Assembly: GCA_038212275.1 (NCBI GenBank)
Contig: JBBQUR010000003.1
Location: 160,001-224,000 of the forward strand
Direction: 5' to 3'
DNA: 64,000 nt
DNA from: Planctomycetota bacterium
GTDB lineage: Bacteria; Planctomycetota; B15-G4
Numbering within the stretch: position 1 is the stretch's first letter; the number at the start of each line of letters is the position of its first letter. Shown piece after piece: positions 10,001 through 18,783 of the stretch. A program made the position numbers and the translations under genes. The notes below the pieces were generated by a model. The model was not told the origin of the DNA, searched no databases, and saw only the letters and a list, made by a program, of their open reading frames with translations.

Positions 10001-11850
10001 GTTCGGCGCGCGAGGCCGAGGTGCGCGCGGACGAAGCTCGTCAGCGGCAGTCGGAGGCCGAGGCCCGCATCGAGGCGGCCGACCAGCGCGTCTCCACCAA
10101 GCTGGCCGAAGCGCGCGGCGTCATCGAGGCGCGGCGCGCCGAGCTGGCCGAGATGCAGGCGCAGCGCCAGGAGCTCGAACAGACCAACGCGTCGCTGCGC
10201 TCCGAGGGCGACAGCCTCTCGCATGACGTGGCCTCCGTGCGCGACGCGCTGGCGACGCTGGACCGCCAGCTCTCGGCGCTCTCCACGGAGCGCGCCAATG
10301 CCGAGTCGGGTCGCGCGCGGCTGGTCCAGGAAGTGGCCGAGCTGCACGCGCAACGACAGGCGGCGCAGGAGGCGCTCGCGCAGGCCGTCACGCAGGCGCA
10401 GGCGGGGGACAACCAGTTGCGCGAACTGCGCGTCGCGCTGGCCACCATGGCCGCCGGGCGCGAAGCGGCCGCACGCGACGCGGAAGCGGAGCAGGAGGCG
10501 CGCGGCCTGGTCGCCGCGCAGGAGCGCGCCGCGCACGAGGATGCGATCGCCGCGCTGGACCGCCGCGCCGCCGAGGCGCGCACGCTGCTCGGCCAGCTCA
10601 ACGTGCAGAAGCGGGACGTCGAGGCCGAACTCGTGCGCACGTCGGAGCTGCTCTCGGCCACGCGCCACACGCACGAGGAGGCGCTGGGAAGCCTGGAGCG
10701 CACGCGCCACGAGCAGGCCGAGCTCGTGGGCCGCGCTCGGCAGGACACGGAGCGACTGCTCGCGCAGCGCCAGGAGCAGGAGAGCCGGCTCGCGCAGATC
10801 GCGCAGGAGCAGGCCGGGCGCGTGGAGGCCGTCGCGGCGCTGGAGCTGCAGCGCACGCGCATGGAGCAGCAGGTCGCGGTGCTGGCCGCGCGCGAGGGCG
10901 AGGTTCGCGGCGAACTGGAAGCGCGGCGTGGCCGGCTCGAAGCGCTGCGCGCCGAAGTGGCCAGGGTGGAGGACCACCTCGTCGTCGCGACGGGGCAGCT
11001 TGCGGAGACCGAGGCGCGGCAGGCCGAGGTCGGCGCGCTGGTGGAGCACACGCGGCGCGGGCACGAGCAGCTTGTCGCGCGCGCGGCGGATGAAGGTCGC
11101 CGCATGAAGGACGAGAAGGAGCGCCTCGAGCAGCAGCTGGCCGAGCTGCGCACGCGCACGGCCGAGCAGGCCGACGAATCGGCGGGCCGCATCAAGCGCC
11201 TCGCCGAGCAGCAGGGCGGGCTCGAGGCGCGCTGCGGCGAACTGCGGCACGAGCTGGACGCGCTCATCGCGCGCGGCCAGGAGGCGCGCACGGAGCTGGC
11301 CGAGCTGGACGCGCAGACGGTGGAGGCGCGCGAGGCCTCCGAGCAGAACATGGCGCAGGCGCGCAAGGCACGCGAGGCGCTCGTCGCCATCCGGCAGGAG
11401 CTGGCCGACCATGAGCTGGTGGCGCGCGAGACGATGCGCCGGCTGGCGGCCGCGGAAGAGAAGCGCCGGCAGGCCATCGAGGAGCGGCTGGAGCTGGAAG
11501 GACGCACGCGCGCCCAGCGGCTCGAGGCCGAAGATGCGCTGCGCGTCGCGAAGGAGCGCCAGGCCGCCGCTCAGAAGGCCCAGGCGCAGTTCCTGCAGAA
11601 GATCAACGAGGATCGCGAGGAGGCCCAGGCGCGGGTCAAGGCCGCGGGCGATGCGATGGCCGCGGCGCTGGCCGCACAGCGCCAGGCCAGCGACCGCTCC
11701 ATCGAGGAGCGCCGCCGCGTGCAGGCCGAGCTGGACGAGGCCACGCGCAAACTGGAGGAGTCCGAGCGCGTGGCCCGCGAGATCTACGAGGGTATCCGCA
11801 AGGTCCAGAAGGAGCGCGCGACGGAGCTGGAGATTCCCGACAGCATGTAG
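7081..11850 (+). CDS. 1589-aa protein: N-terminal MJ0042-type zinc ribbon plus very long coiled coil
   Basis: GGAGG precedes ATG 7081. CPQC...CGAC zinc ribbon, then ~1500 aa rich in A/E/Q/R/L and almost Pro-free. No TM segment or Walker A seen. Confidence 0.85.
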   Translation: MAKRFTACPQCGRSFQVDEANAGRRARCGACAHAFVIRFDEAAPSASSAPSAPDDAAALAAAQAEAAQQRELLDQAQVVAQQAIDEAHAEADRLRAEQDTEERAPGRAPGRAPGRAPARAVVGSEQRDELAAHERQAATQLAAMEAAQRAAAERATAAEERAAAAEHRASELEDEIHDAEHQHAEIGVEIRRLEERARQLAARSAEAEQELERGVEQARGTIAKYTSAKTALAEVEAARARSERARHDADEALAAAQAALELLATRRAAEEQQLATLHAQRQAAIEQSQAASATVAEAESTVEATRAQAAALAGRVRAAEARLADVEAAAQLREAQLETSVHQRTEALEGEARQRTEALESHASQRVEALESEARERAESLQNEAQRRVDLLESEAKERREHATVLQQQVRLWKDQLAELQHAVQSQRSAADARLAKTSADADTAEQRRAQLEQACAALSAQSATASEALAALQAGAAEAEAAWEAAKQARAAAEHRTQLAEQRAAELAQQERERLAALQGQEHAAEERLAARRAEAESLEAAADAARVALAELEQQGQQQRASTQASVAAWNEEQQSLAQRRAQESQAAAQRLSAVESAHAERLAALQAAHEQHRDVQARVHEAEQRVADLAERARVGDEQCLATQARADEHAVRVQRLTEQAETLTLQSREMIERYRSAKASLAEAQASQQAVEDRRARTEAEAAAQAERVAALITEAQGAETARTEAERVALTWKHEADTWQQRAQSLSGQVEQLSQQATAQRAAQEAAAARFAQQEREAQQRVAALAGRAASTEQSLTEHRDQLDLARAALAAVEARAAESQARAEDLAAEIEAAEQHAGELTSAVAEQQARLAELDASVNTASGRLEERRRGIHEATASAAALAQRLAQAEAQLSAAEALRAEQERAAEEASAASRSASAHARAAQAEALEATARTAAAREETGALTARSYELRDQLTALAAQAEAAAGSAREAEVRADEARQRQSEAEARIEAADQRVSTKLAEARGVIEARRAELAEMQAQRQELEQTNASLRSEGDSLSHDVASVRDALATLDRQLSALSTERANAESGRARLVQEVAELHAQRQAAQEALAQAVTQAQAGDNQLRELRVALATMAAGREAAARDAEAEQEARGLVAAQERAAHEDAIAALDRRAAEARTLLGQLNVQKRDVEAELVRTSELLSATRHTHEEALGSLERTRHEQAELVGRARQDTERLLAQRQEQESRLAQIAQEQAGRVEAVAALELQRTRMEQQVAVLAAREGEVRGELEARRGRLEALRAEVARVEDHLVVATGQLAETEARQAEVGALVEHTRRGHEQLVARAADEGRRMKDEKERLEQQLAELRTRTAEQADESAGRIKRLAEQQGGLEARCGELRHELDALIARGQEARTELAELDAQTVEAREASEQNMAQARKAREALVAIRQELADHELVARETMRRLAAAEEKRRQAIEERLELEGRTRAQRLEAEDALRVAKERQAAAQKAQAQFLQKINEDREEAQARVKAAGDAMAAALAAQRQASDRSIEERRRVQAELDEATRKLEESERVAREIYEGIRKVQKERATELEIPDSM

Positions 11851-11914
11851 GCTGGCGGAGGCTGCACCGGATCGCGTCTCGCCGCGGGCTCGGCCGGCGG
11901 CCATCCGACCGCCC

Positions 11915-11943
11915 TTGATCGGTCGGCCCATTTCCCCCACACT
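11915..11943 (+). promoter_or_regulatory. Putative sigma70-type promoter of tRNA-Phe
   Basis: TTGATC-17 nt-CACACT, about 30 nt upstream of the tRNA. Confidence 0.45.
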
Positions 11944-11974
11944 TCCAGCCCCTTCCGGTCGATCGGCAGGGCGC

Positions 11975-12050
11975 GGGCAGATAGCTCAGCTGGTAGAGCA
12001 CTGCACTGAAAATGCAGGTGTCCCCGGTTCGATTCCGGGTCTGCCCACCA
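11975..12050 (+). tRNA. tRNA-Phe (GAA)
   Basis: GGGCAGA/TCTGCCC acceptor stem, CTGCA-CTGAAAA-TGCAG anticodon arm, GGTTCGATT T-loop, encoded CCA; 76 nt. Confidence 0.98.
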
Positions 12051-12059
12051 CCGCATCAC

Positions 12060-12096
12060 GCGAGGCCACGTGTCGCTCGTCGACGCGTGGCCTCGC
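12060..12096 (+). terminator. GC-rich hairpin after tRNA-Phe (terminator or processing stem)
   Basis: GCGAGGCCACGTGTCG / CGACGCGTGGCCTCGC 16-bp stem with one G-U pair; weak U tract. Confidence 0.55.
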
Positions 12097-12184
12097 TCCT
12101 TGGTGGCGTGGCATGATGCGCCGCCTCGACCCAGCCGCGACGCTCCCGGAAGGCACCTCCGGAACCCACCCCCGGAATCCACCA

Positions 12185-12832
12185 GTGAATGGCCAGCTCC
12201 CCAACGCCGATTCCGCGCCCGAGAACGAGGCGCACGACACCGACCTGAACGAGGCCGCGCTCGCGGAGTCGTCGGAGCCGTCTGCAGGCGACGGCACCGA
12301 AGACGGCGGCGCCGACGACGACGGAGGCCATGCCGGTGATGCGGCCCACGCGGCCGACGCATCCGATGTGGCCGTCGAGAGCAGCGAGGTCGTCGAGAAC
12401 GGCGAGACAGCGGGCGAGACGGCGACGGGCGATGGCGGCGCCCTCGGCGGCGACGCGTCGTCGGCCGGCGACGCTGCCGGCGGCGGCGAGCACCCCGAGC
12501 GTCCGCGCAAGCCGCGGCGGGAGAGACCCAAGCGCGATCCCTACGAGACGCCGTTCGGCGGCATCTTCCTCGACACGCTGCAGCGGCTCGCCGGCCTGCG
12601 CGGGCAGTTCGCGTACGGCGTGCCCGAGAAGCTGTGGCGCGCCAACCGCGAGCAGACCATCCGCATCCTCCGCGAGGAGGTGCCGATGCCCACGTTCAAG
12701 AACCAGATCCACTGCATCCTCAACTCGGATCCCGAGTGGCTCGCCTACGACGTCCACTACGAGATGCTGAGCTCCGCGACGCCGCCCGAAGACAGCTTCC
12801 GCTGGCTGTGGCTCTACATGATGCTGCGCTGA
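12185..12832 (+). CDS. Hypothetical protein: acidic disordered N-terminus, basic patch, ~95-aa folded C-terminal domain
   Basis: Coding-like codon usage from GTG 12185; start uncertain; no recognised motif. Confidence 0.7.
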   Translation: MNGQLPNADSAPENEAHDTDLNEAALAESSEPSAGDGTEDGGADDDGGHAGDAAHAADASDVAVESSEVVENGETAGETATGDGGALGGDASSAGDAAGGGEHPERPRKPRRERPKRDPYETPFGGIFLDTLQRLAGLRGQFAYGVPEKLWRANREQTIRILREEVPMPTFKNQIHCILNSDPEWLAYDVHYEMLSSATPPEDSFRWLWLYMMLR

Positions 12833-13076
12833 CGGCCGCTGCGGCGCGCCGTGCTTGGCTCAAGACTCGCGCGCTGTCGCTCATGTCGCTCGTCGTCGGC
12901 GGTGGGATCGGGCTGCTGCTCCGCCTGCAGGGAGCCCGGAATCACCGAGCAGATTTGCCTCCTCGGACAGCGGCGAGAGCGACTGGCGCGGCGGCATGGT
13001 CGACGCAGCGGACCGGCCCGCGGCGTTGCTTGCGGCATCCGGGCGCCTCTGGTCAGCGGGTCAGCGGGTCAGCTGG

Positions 13077-15629
13077 TCAGCGGGCCGTCAGCTTCAGGCC
13101 GTTGCTCGCGGCCAGTCCGACCGGACCGTGGGCATCGACGAGCCAGGCCTGTGTCCAGATCGGCGTGCCCGCCGGCACGCCGGCCGGCCAGGTCGCCGGG
13201 AACACGGCGTGGCCGCCGGGCGCTGTCTCGAACGTGATGAGCAGCTGCGGCACGGGAACCATGACGCCGCCGCGGAAGGCCGTGAAGGCAGGCGTCGCGC
13301 CGATCACGAGCGCCGCCGCCGCCGGGAACGCGGCGCTGGACAGCGCGAGCTGCACGGGCGTGGCCGGCAGGAGCAGTCCGGCGCCCTGCAGTCCGGGTAC
13401 GCCATGGATGCCGGCGAGGCCGAACCCGACGTCGAGGAATGGTTGCTCCGGCGAGCGACTCCGGAATGCAGTGACCGACCGTGCGTTGTGTTGCGAGTTG
13501 GTGACCGCGAGGTCGGGGTGCCCGTCGCCGTCCAGGTTGCCGACGGCGATGCCGAAGGTCTGCAGCTGCGCCGCGAAGAACTCGTGTGTCGTCCAGTGCA
13601 TCGCGCCGTCGTTCACGAGCAGCTCGGCGGAACTGTGGCCGACATCGGGCACCGCGAGGTCGCCGTAACCGTCGCCGTCGAAGTCGGCGATGGCGATCGA
13701 TGATGCGATGCTCGACGTGGGCCAGCTCGTCGGCGTGTTGAGGCCGCCAGTGCCGGTGGCGAGGAACACGTGCACCAGTGCCAAGGCGCTGTCCGCGATC
13801 GCGACGTCCGCCACGCCGTCGGCATTGATGTCGGCGGCGGCAATCGCGCCGGCACTGCCGGGAACCGTGGCGAGGATCGGCAACCCGAACGAGCCGTCGG
13901 CGTTCCCCGGGTACACCGCGATCGACGGCGGGACCGCGAGGCTCACGACGGCGTCGGGCACGCCGTCGCCGGTCACGTCGGCGACGGCCACGCCGGCGGG
14001 CGTGCCCGCGAGCGGGCTCGTCTGCTCGGGCAGAAACGCGCCGGTGCCGCCGGTCGTCGTGGCGCGGCGGACCGACAGCAGGCCGGACGCCTTGCTCACC
14101 GTGAGCAGGTCGGCATGCCCGTCGAAGTTCAGGTCGGCCACCTCGAAGGCGGTCGGCGACCCCGACATCGGCCAGTTCGTCGCTGCGAGGAGCGCACCTG
14201 TGCCGACACCGGGATGGATCGTGATGCCGGTCGCGATGCCGATGGACGCAACGTCCGCATGCGCGTCGCCGGTGAGTTCGGCGATCCGCACGTCGCGCGT
14301 GCCGATGCCCAGTTTGGTGGTCAGCGTCGAGGTGAGGACACCTGTGCCGTCGTTGCGCACCACGGTGAGACCGCCGTAGTCGTAGATGTCCTCGCCCGCA
14401 CAGGCCACGACCAGCTCGTCGCGTCCGTCACCGGTGAGGTCGCCGAACGCGACGCCCAATGGCTTCACCAGTACGGAGGCGCGTTGCGCCGCGGTGAAGG
14501 ACCGGACGCCGACCTGCCGCAGGACGTTCACGCCCGTCGAGTAGCTGGCGACCAGCAGGTCGACGAGGCCGTCGCCGTTCACGTCGCCCGTGGACATGCC
14601 GTAGGCGCCGGCGCCCACGACCAGCCCGAGCGGTGCGGTGAACGCGCCGTTGCCGGTGCCGAAGGCGACGTGAGCCGTCGCCGAGAAAAGGGACACGCCT
14701 GCATCGGTGGCGGCGAGGTCGAGGAGGCCATCGCCGTCGAGGTCGGCGACCTCGATCTCGAACGGCGAACTGCCGGTGCCGATCAGAGTGATGGCGCCGA
14801 AACCTCCGGCGCCGTCGCCGAGCATCACGCCGAGGGAGTTACTTGAGAGGACGGCGAGCGCGAGGTCGACCTTGCCGTCCTGATTGAGGTCCGCAGCTGC
14901 AGCCGTGAGCGGGCCGTAGCCTGCCGGATGCGTGACCGGCGCGAGGAACACGCCGCCGCTGTTGAGCGCGACGGAGATCTGGTGCGAGAACTGGTCCACC
15001 GAGACGAGGTCGAGGTCGAGATCGCCATCCAGGTCGCACAGCACGACATCGGAGGGGTGCTGCCCGACCGCCCAGGCCTGCGCCGTGACGAAGTTGCCGG
15101 CACCGTCGCCGTGCAGCACCGAGACCGTGTCGCCGTAGTAGTTGGCCACCGCGACATCGACGAAACCGTCACCATTCATGTCGCCGCTGGCGAGTTCCCG
15201 AGGTCCCGTGCCCACTGGAAACGAAGTCTTTCCCAGCAATCCGCCAGTTCCGTCACCGAGGCGCACCGTGATCGTGTCGGCGTTCGCGTCGGCGCTGATC
15301 ACGTCGGGGCGGCCGTCGCCGTTGACGTCCACGACATCGATGTCACTCGCACCGGCGCCCATCGGATAGTCCGCGCCGCCAGCGAATCCGCCCACGCCAT
15401 TGCCGAACCGGATCGAGACCGTCCCGGCGCCAGCGCTCGCCGAGACGAGATCGAGGCGCCGATCGCCGTTCAGGTCGATGGCCACGACATCACTCGCACC
15501 GCCCGTCAGCTGGATGGTCGAGCCATCGAGCAGAGGCACCGCCGTGATCTGCGCCATGACCGGCGACGGGCAGGCGAAGGCGGCAACGATGCAGAGGAGG
15601 GACATGTCGAGCGTGTGAATGTGTGCCAT
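13077..15629 (-). CDS. Secreted FG-GAP/VCBS-repeat beta-propeller protein with conserved C-terminal domain
   Basis: Signal-peptide-like N-terminus; about 13 DxNGDGxxD-type repeats; ends QAWLVDAHGPVGLAASNGLKLTAR. Confidence 0.92.
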   Translation of the reverse strand: MAHIHTLDMSLLCIVAAFACPSPVMAQITAVPLLDGSTIQLTGGASDVVAIDLNGDRRLDLVSASAGAGTVSIRFGNGVGGFAGGADYPMGAGASDIDVVDVNGDGRPDVISADANADTITVRLGDGTGGLLGKTSFPVGTGPRELASGDMNGDGFVDVAVANYYGDTVSVLHGDGAGNFVTAQAWAVGQHPSDVVLCDLDGDLDLDLVSVDQFSHQISVALNSGGVFLAPVTHPAGYGPLTAAAADLNQDGKVDLALAVLSSNSLGVMLGDGAGGFGAITLIGTGSSPFEIEVADLDGDGLLDLAATDAGVSLFSATAHVAFGTGNGAFTAPLGLVVGAGAYGMSTGDVNGDGLVDLLVASYSTGVNVLRQVGVRSFTAAQRASVLVKPLGVAFGDLTGDGRDELVVACAGEDIYDYGGLTVVRNDGTGVLTSTLTTKLGIGTRDVRIAELTGDAHADVASIGIATGITIHPGVGTGALLAATNWPMSGSPTAFEVADLNFDGHADLLTVSKASGLLSVRRATTTGGTGAFLPEQTSPLAGTPAGVAVADVTGDGVPDAVVSLAVPPSIAVYPGNADGSFGLPILATVPGSAGAIAAADINADGVADVAIADSALALVHVFLATGTGGLNTPTSWPTSSIASSIAIADFDGDGYGDLAVPDVGHSSAELLVNDGAMHWTTHEFFAAQLQTFGIAVGNLDGDGHPDLAVTNSQHNARSVTAFRSRSPEQPFLDVGFGLAGIHGVPGLQGAGLLLPATPVQLALSSAAFPAAAALVIGATPAFTAFRGGVMVPVPQLLITFETAPGGHAVFPATWPAGVPAGTPIWTQAWLVDAHGPVGLAASNGLKLTAR

Positions 15630-15844
15630 GCGCCTGGGATCCTTCGAGGGAATGCAGTGAGTGCCCCATCGAGAGTTCGCAAATTCAGGACCGATGCGGA
15701 GCGGCCTGAACGAACAGCCGTATCGCGCTCATGGCCATGCGGGAATTCGCTTCCGATGTGAACTCACTGACATGCGACGCGCGCCCGCACGGGTGTTACT
15801 TCCTCTGGTTCACACACGAGTTCATTCCCCGAGGCCAGACTTCC

Positions 15845-16975
15845 ATGCGTCCCATTCTCGCCCTCCTCCTGTTGTTCGCATCCGTTCCCGTCGTGTCCGC
15901 GCAGACGGCCTTCACTGCGCAGCTGACTGGCAACGCCAACGTTCCTCCGGTCACGACGGCCGCCAAGGGTGTCGCGCTCGCCGTGCTCGATCCCGCGACG
16001 TCGACCGTGGACTACCAGGCCGACTTCACCGGGCTGGCGGGCAGCGTGATCGCGGCCGAGGTGCGCCTCGGGGCGGTCGGAACGAGCGGGCAAGTCATCT
16101 TCGCCCTGGCCGGCGTCGCTCCGCATTTCGAAGGCAAATCGCCCGCACTCACCGCGAGCCAGGTCGCGGAGCTGCAGGCAAATCACGCCTACCTCACCGT
16201 CCGCACCACGACCTGGCCGGGCGGGCAGGTCCGCGGCCAGCTCACGCTGGGAGCGAACCAGTTCTATGCGTTGCTGACCGGCGGGAAGGCCGTCCCGCCG
16301 TCACCGACGACGATCGTCGGGTACGCCAACTTCGGGCTGCTCAGCAACGGGGTGCAGCTCACCTGCATGATCCACGCGTTCTCTGGCGGCGGAACCGCGG
16401 TGCTCAGGCTGGGCGGGCCGGGCAGCACCGGCACGACGATCGCGGCGATTCCCTTCGACTTCGCGGGCGTGTGGCACGCCGTCGTTGCGCTCGATCCTGT
16501 CCGCATCGAGATGCTGAAGTCGGGACTCGTCTACGTCGAGGTCACGTCCACGTCGGGGACCGAGGTCGTCCGCGGGCAGTTGAACAGCACCTTCGCGCAG
16601 TTCGGCGCCGGCTCCGGCAAGTCGCAACCACCAGTCTTCACGGCGGCCGGCACTCCATCCCCGAACTCCTACGTCTCGCTGACGCTCAAGGGCGGCGCGC
16701 CGTTCTCCTTCGCGCTCCTGCTCGTCTCCCCGAATGCCGGGCTCGTGAACGCGGCGGGCTGCCCGCTCTACGTGTCGTTGCCCGCGGCGCTCACGCTTGT
16801 CGTCCCGCTCGATACCTACGGATCCGGGTATTTGTCGGTCGCCCAGCTCCCGGCGACGACCCCGACGCCGCTGTTCATCGAGTGCCAGGCGCTGTGTGCC
16901 GATGCCGCCGCAGCCAACGGGAAGTTCACGTCGAGCAACGGAGTGACCATCGGCATCTCGACCTTCCCCGACTGA
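15845..16975 (+). CDS. Secreted protein with two CHRD-like domains and a conserved C-terminal domain
   Basis: Signal peptide MRPILALLLLFASVPVVSA. Repeats FTAQLTG..VPPV...GQVRGQL and FYALLTG..VPP...VVRGQL. Confidence 0.8.
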   Translation: MRPILALLLLFASVPVVSAQTAFTAQLTGNANVPPVTTAAKGVALAVLDPATSTVDYQADFTGLAGSVIAAEVRLGAVGTSGQVIFALAGVAPHFEGKSPALTASQVAELQANHAYLTVRTTTWPGGQVRGQLTLGANQFYALLTGGKAVPPSPTTIVGYANFGLLSNGVQLTCMIHAFSGGGTAVLRLGGPGSTGTTIAAIPFDFAGVWHAVVALDPVRIEMLKSGLVYVEVTSTSGTEVVRGQLNSTFAQFGAGSGKSQPPVFTAAGTPSPNSYVSLTLKGGAPFSFALLLVSPNAGLVNAAGCPLYVSLPAALTLVVPLDTYGSGYLSVAQLPATTPTPLFIECQALCADAAAANGKFTSSNGVTIGISTFPD

Positions 16976-17026
16976 TCGCCGGCAGGGCGTCGCCGTCGGG
17001 CGCAGTTCACACAAGCGCCCGCTTCG

Positions 17027-17968
17027 CTATCCCGGCAACCGCAGCACCGCCCGCGCGGCCTCGCAGTCCCTCGCGATCTGCGCCTTCAGCGCTTCCACGC
17101 TTTCGAAGCGCTGCTCGCGGCGCAGCGACTGGTGCAGGACGACCTCCACCTGCTCGCCGTAGAGCGCGAGGTCGTGCGTGTCCAGCACGTGAATCTCGAA
17201 CACGCCGCGCGCCGCGTCCTGATGAAAGGTCGGACGCAGGCCGTAGTTCATGACGCCGGGGAGGTCGCCCTGGCGCGTGCGCGCGGTGACGGCGTAGACA
17301 CCGAGCGGCGGGAAGGCCTCGCTGCGCACCTCGAGGTTGGCGGTGGGGAAGCCCAGGGTCGCGCCGCGGCCGTCGCCGTGCACCACGGTGCCCAGCAGCG
17401 ACATCGGGCGCCCGAGCAGGCGCGCGACACGCGGCAGGTCGCCGGCGGCGATGGCCGCGCGCACCGCGGTGGAGGAGACGACCTCGCCGTCGACAATGAC
17501 GCCGCCGACGGCCACGACGTGGAAGCCGTAGTGCTTCCCGGACTCCGCGAGGAAGGCCGCGTTGCCGCGCCGGTCGCGGCCGATGGCCGTGTCGTGCCCG
17601 ATGACCAGCGTGGCCACGCCCAGCCTTCGCACGAGCAGCTCTTCGACGAAGGACTCCGGTGGCAGCGCCGCGAACTCCGGCGAGAACTCGATGACCACGA
17701 CATCGTCCACGCCGTGGCGGCCGAGCAGCTCCAGCCGGTGCTCCAGCGAGAGCAGCGCGCGCGGCGCCTCGCCCTTGAGCACGGCCCGCGGATGCACGGA
17801 AAACGTGACGGCCACCGCGGGCAGCGAGGCCTCGCGCGCCGCTCCGGTGAGCCTCTGCAGAATGGAGACATGCCCGAGATGCAGCCCGTCGAACACGCCG
17901 ATGCTGACCACCGAGCGCGCGTGCAGCCGCGGCAGCTCGGTCAGGGAGCGGATGCGGTGGTCACGCAT
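17027..17968 (-). CDS. ribF: Bifunctional riboflavin kinase/FAD synthetase
   Basis: IGVFDGLHLGH, VSST, GDGRGATLGFPTANL, GVY, RPTF, EIH motifs. Confidence 0.97.
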   Translation of the reverse strand: MRDHRIRSLTELPRLHARSVVSIGVFDGLHLGHVSILQRLTGAAREASLPAVAVTFSVHPRAVLKGEAPRALLSLEHRLELLGRHGVDDVVVIEFSPEFAALPPESFVEELLVRRLGVATLVIGHDTAIGRDRRGNAAFLAESGKHYGFHVVAVGGVIVDGEVVSSTAVRAAIAAGDLPRVARLLGRPMSLLGTVVHGDGRGATLGFPTANLEVRSEAFPPLGVYAVTARTRQGDLPGVMNYGLRPTFHQDAARGVFEIHVLDTHDLALYGEQVEVVLHQSLRREQRFESVEALKAQIARDCEAARAVLRLPG

Positions 17969-18048
17969 GGAATGGTTTGCCGGGAACAGGTGAGTCAGAG
18001 GGCACGGCGCGCGAACAGACTGAAAACGGGGCCGCAGGCACGGCCGCG

Positions 18049-18588
18049 TTACGAGGCGACCTCGTCAGCTTCGTCCGCCTCGTCCAGCTCGGCCACCAGG
18101 TCTTCCAGCTCGCGGCGCCAGCGGATGCGGTCCACGGGGCTCATGCGGTGCCAGAGCAGCACGCCCTCGAGGTGATCCAGCTCGTGCTGCACGATGCGGG
18201 CGGGAAAGTCCTTGATGTCCTCCTCGTGCAGCTCGCCCTTCACGTCATGCCACTGGAGGCGCACGCCGGCGGGGCGGTCGACCTCCACGAAGATCTCGGG
18301 AAACGACAGGCAGCCTTCCTCGGCGCGGCTCTTGCCCCAGCGCTTCACGATCCGGGGGTTGATGACGGCCAGCTCCTGCGCGGCGTCGCGCTTGTGGCCG
18401 CTGGGATTCAGCACCAGCACGCGCGACGACCAGCCCACCTGCGGCGCGGCCAGCCCCACCCCGTGCTCCTCGTACATGATCTCGAACATGCGGGCCACGC
18501 GGTCGGCCAGCTCCTGGTCGAAGGCGGTGACGGGTGGCGCCACCTTGAGCAGCGTCGGGTGCGGGTAGAGGCGCAGTGTCAGCTCCAT
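18049..18588 (-). CDS. def: Peptide deformylase
   Basis: GVGLAAPQVG, EGCLS and QHELDHL motifs; ATG at 18588. Confidence 0.97.
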   Translation of the reverse strand: MELTLRLYPHPTLLKVAPPVTAFDQELADRVARMFEIMYEEHGVGLAAPQVGWSSRVLVLNPSGHKRDAAQELAVINPRIVKRWGKSRAEEGCLSFPEIFVEVDRPAGVRLQWHDVKGELHEEDIKDFPARIVQHELDHLEGVLLWHRMSPVDRIRWRRELEDLVAELDEADEADEVAS

Positions 18589-18660
18589 GTGCCGGATTAT
18601 GGCACGGCCCAAGGGTCGAGGCACGCCCGGCGGCCGCCGGGCCACGCCGCTCCGGCCGCG

Positions 18661-18695
18661 TGTGTGATGGAGAGGCGGTGCCTGCACATCACACA
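18661..18695. repeat. 35-bp imperfect palindrome, copy A of a dispersed family
   Basis: TGTGTGATG-GAGAGGCGGTGCCTGCA-CATCACACA; 3 mismatches to the reverse complement of 46224-46258. Confidence 0.85.
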
Positions 18696-18783
18696 TCCTC
18701 GCGGCTGCCCGACAGCAGCGGAGCGCTCCGCGGGGGCGCGCCCCCGGGACCGGCGGGGGGGCGCTGTGCTAGCGTGCGTCGCC

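Noticed and set aside
7081..11850. SMC or chromosome-segregation ATPase call for the giant coiled-coil protein
   Set aside because: No Walker A/B, signature motif or hinge visible.
6991..11940. Long antisense and alternate-frame ORFs (e.g. 6991-9717, 8316-10226, 9838-11940; likewise 40274-43249, 47129-50002, 55885-58527)
   Set aside because: Shadow frames of real genes in very GC-rich DNA; Arg/Ala/Pro-rich translations with no motifs.
11975..17000. Genomic island integrated at tRNA-Phe (or at tRNA-Gly, 58795-58870)
   Set aside because: No integrase and no duplicated tRNA 3' end (att site) found in the window.
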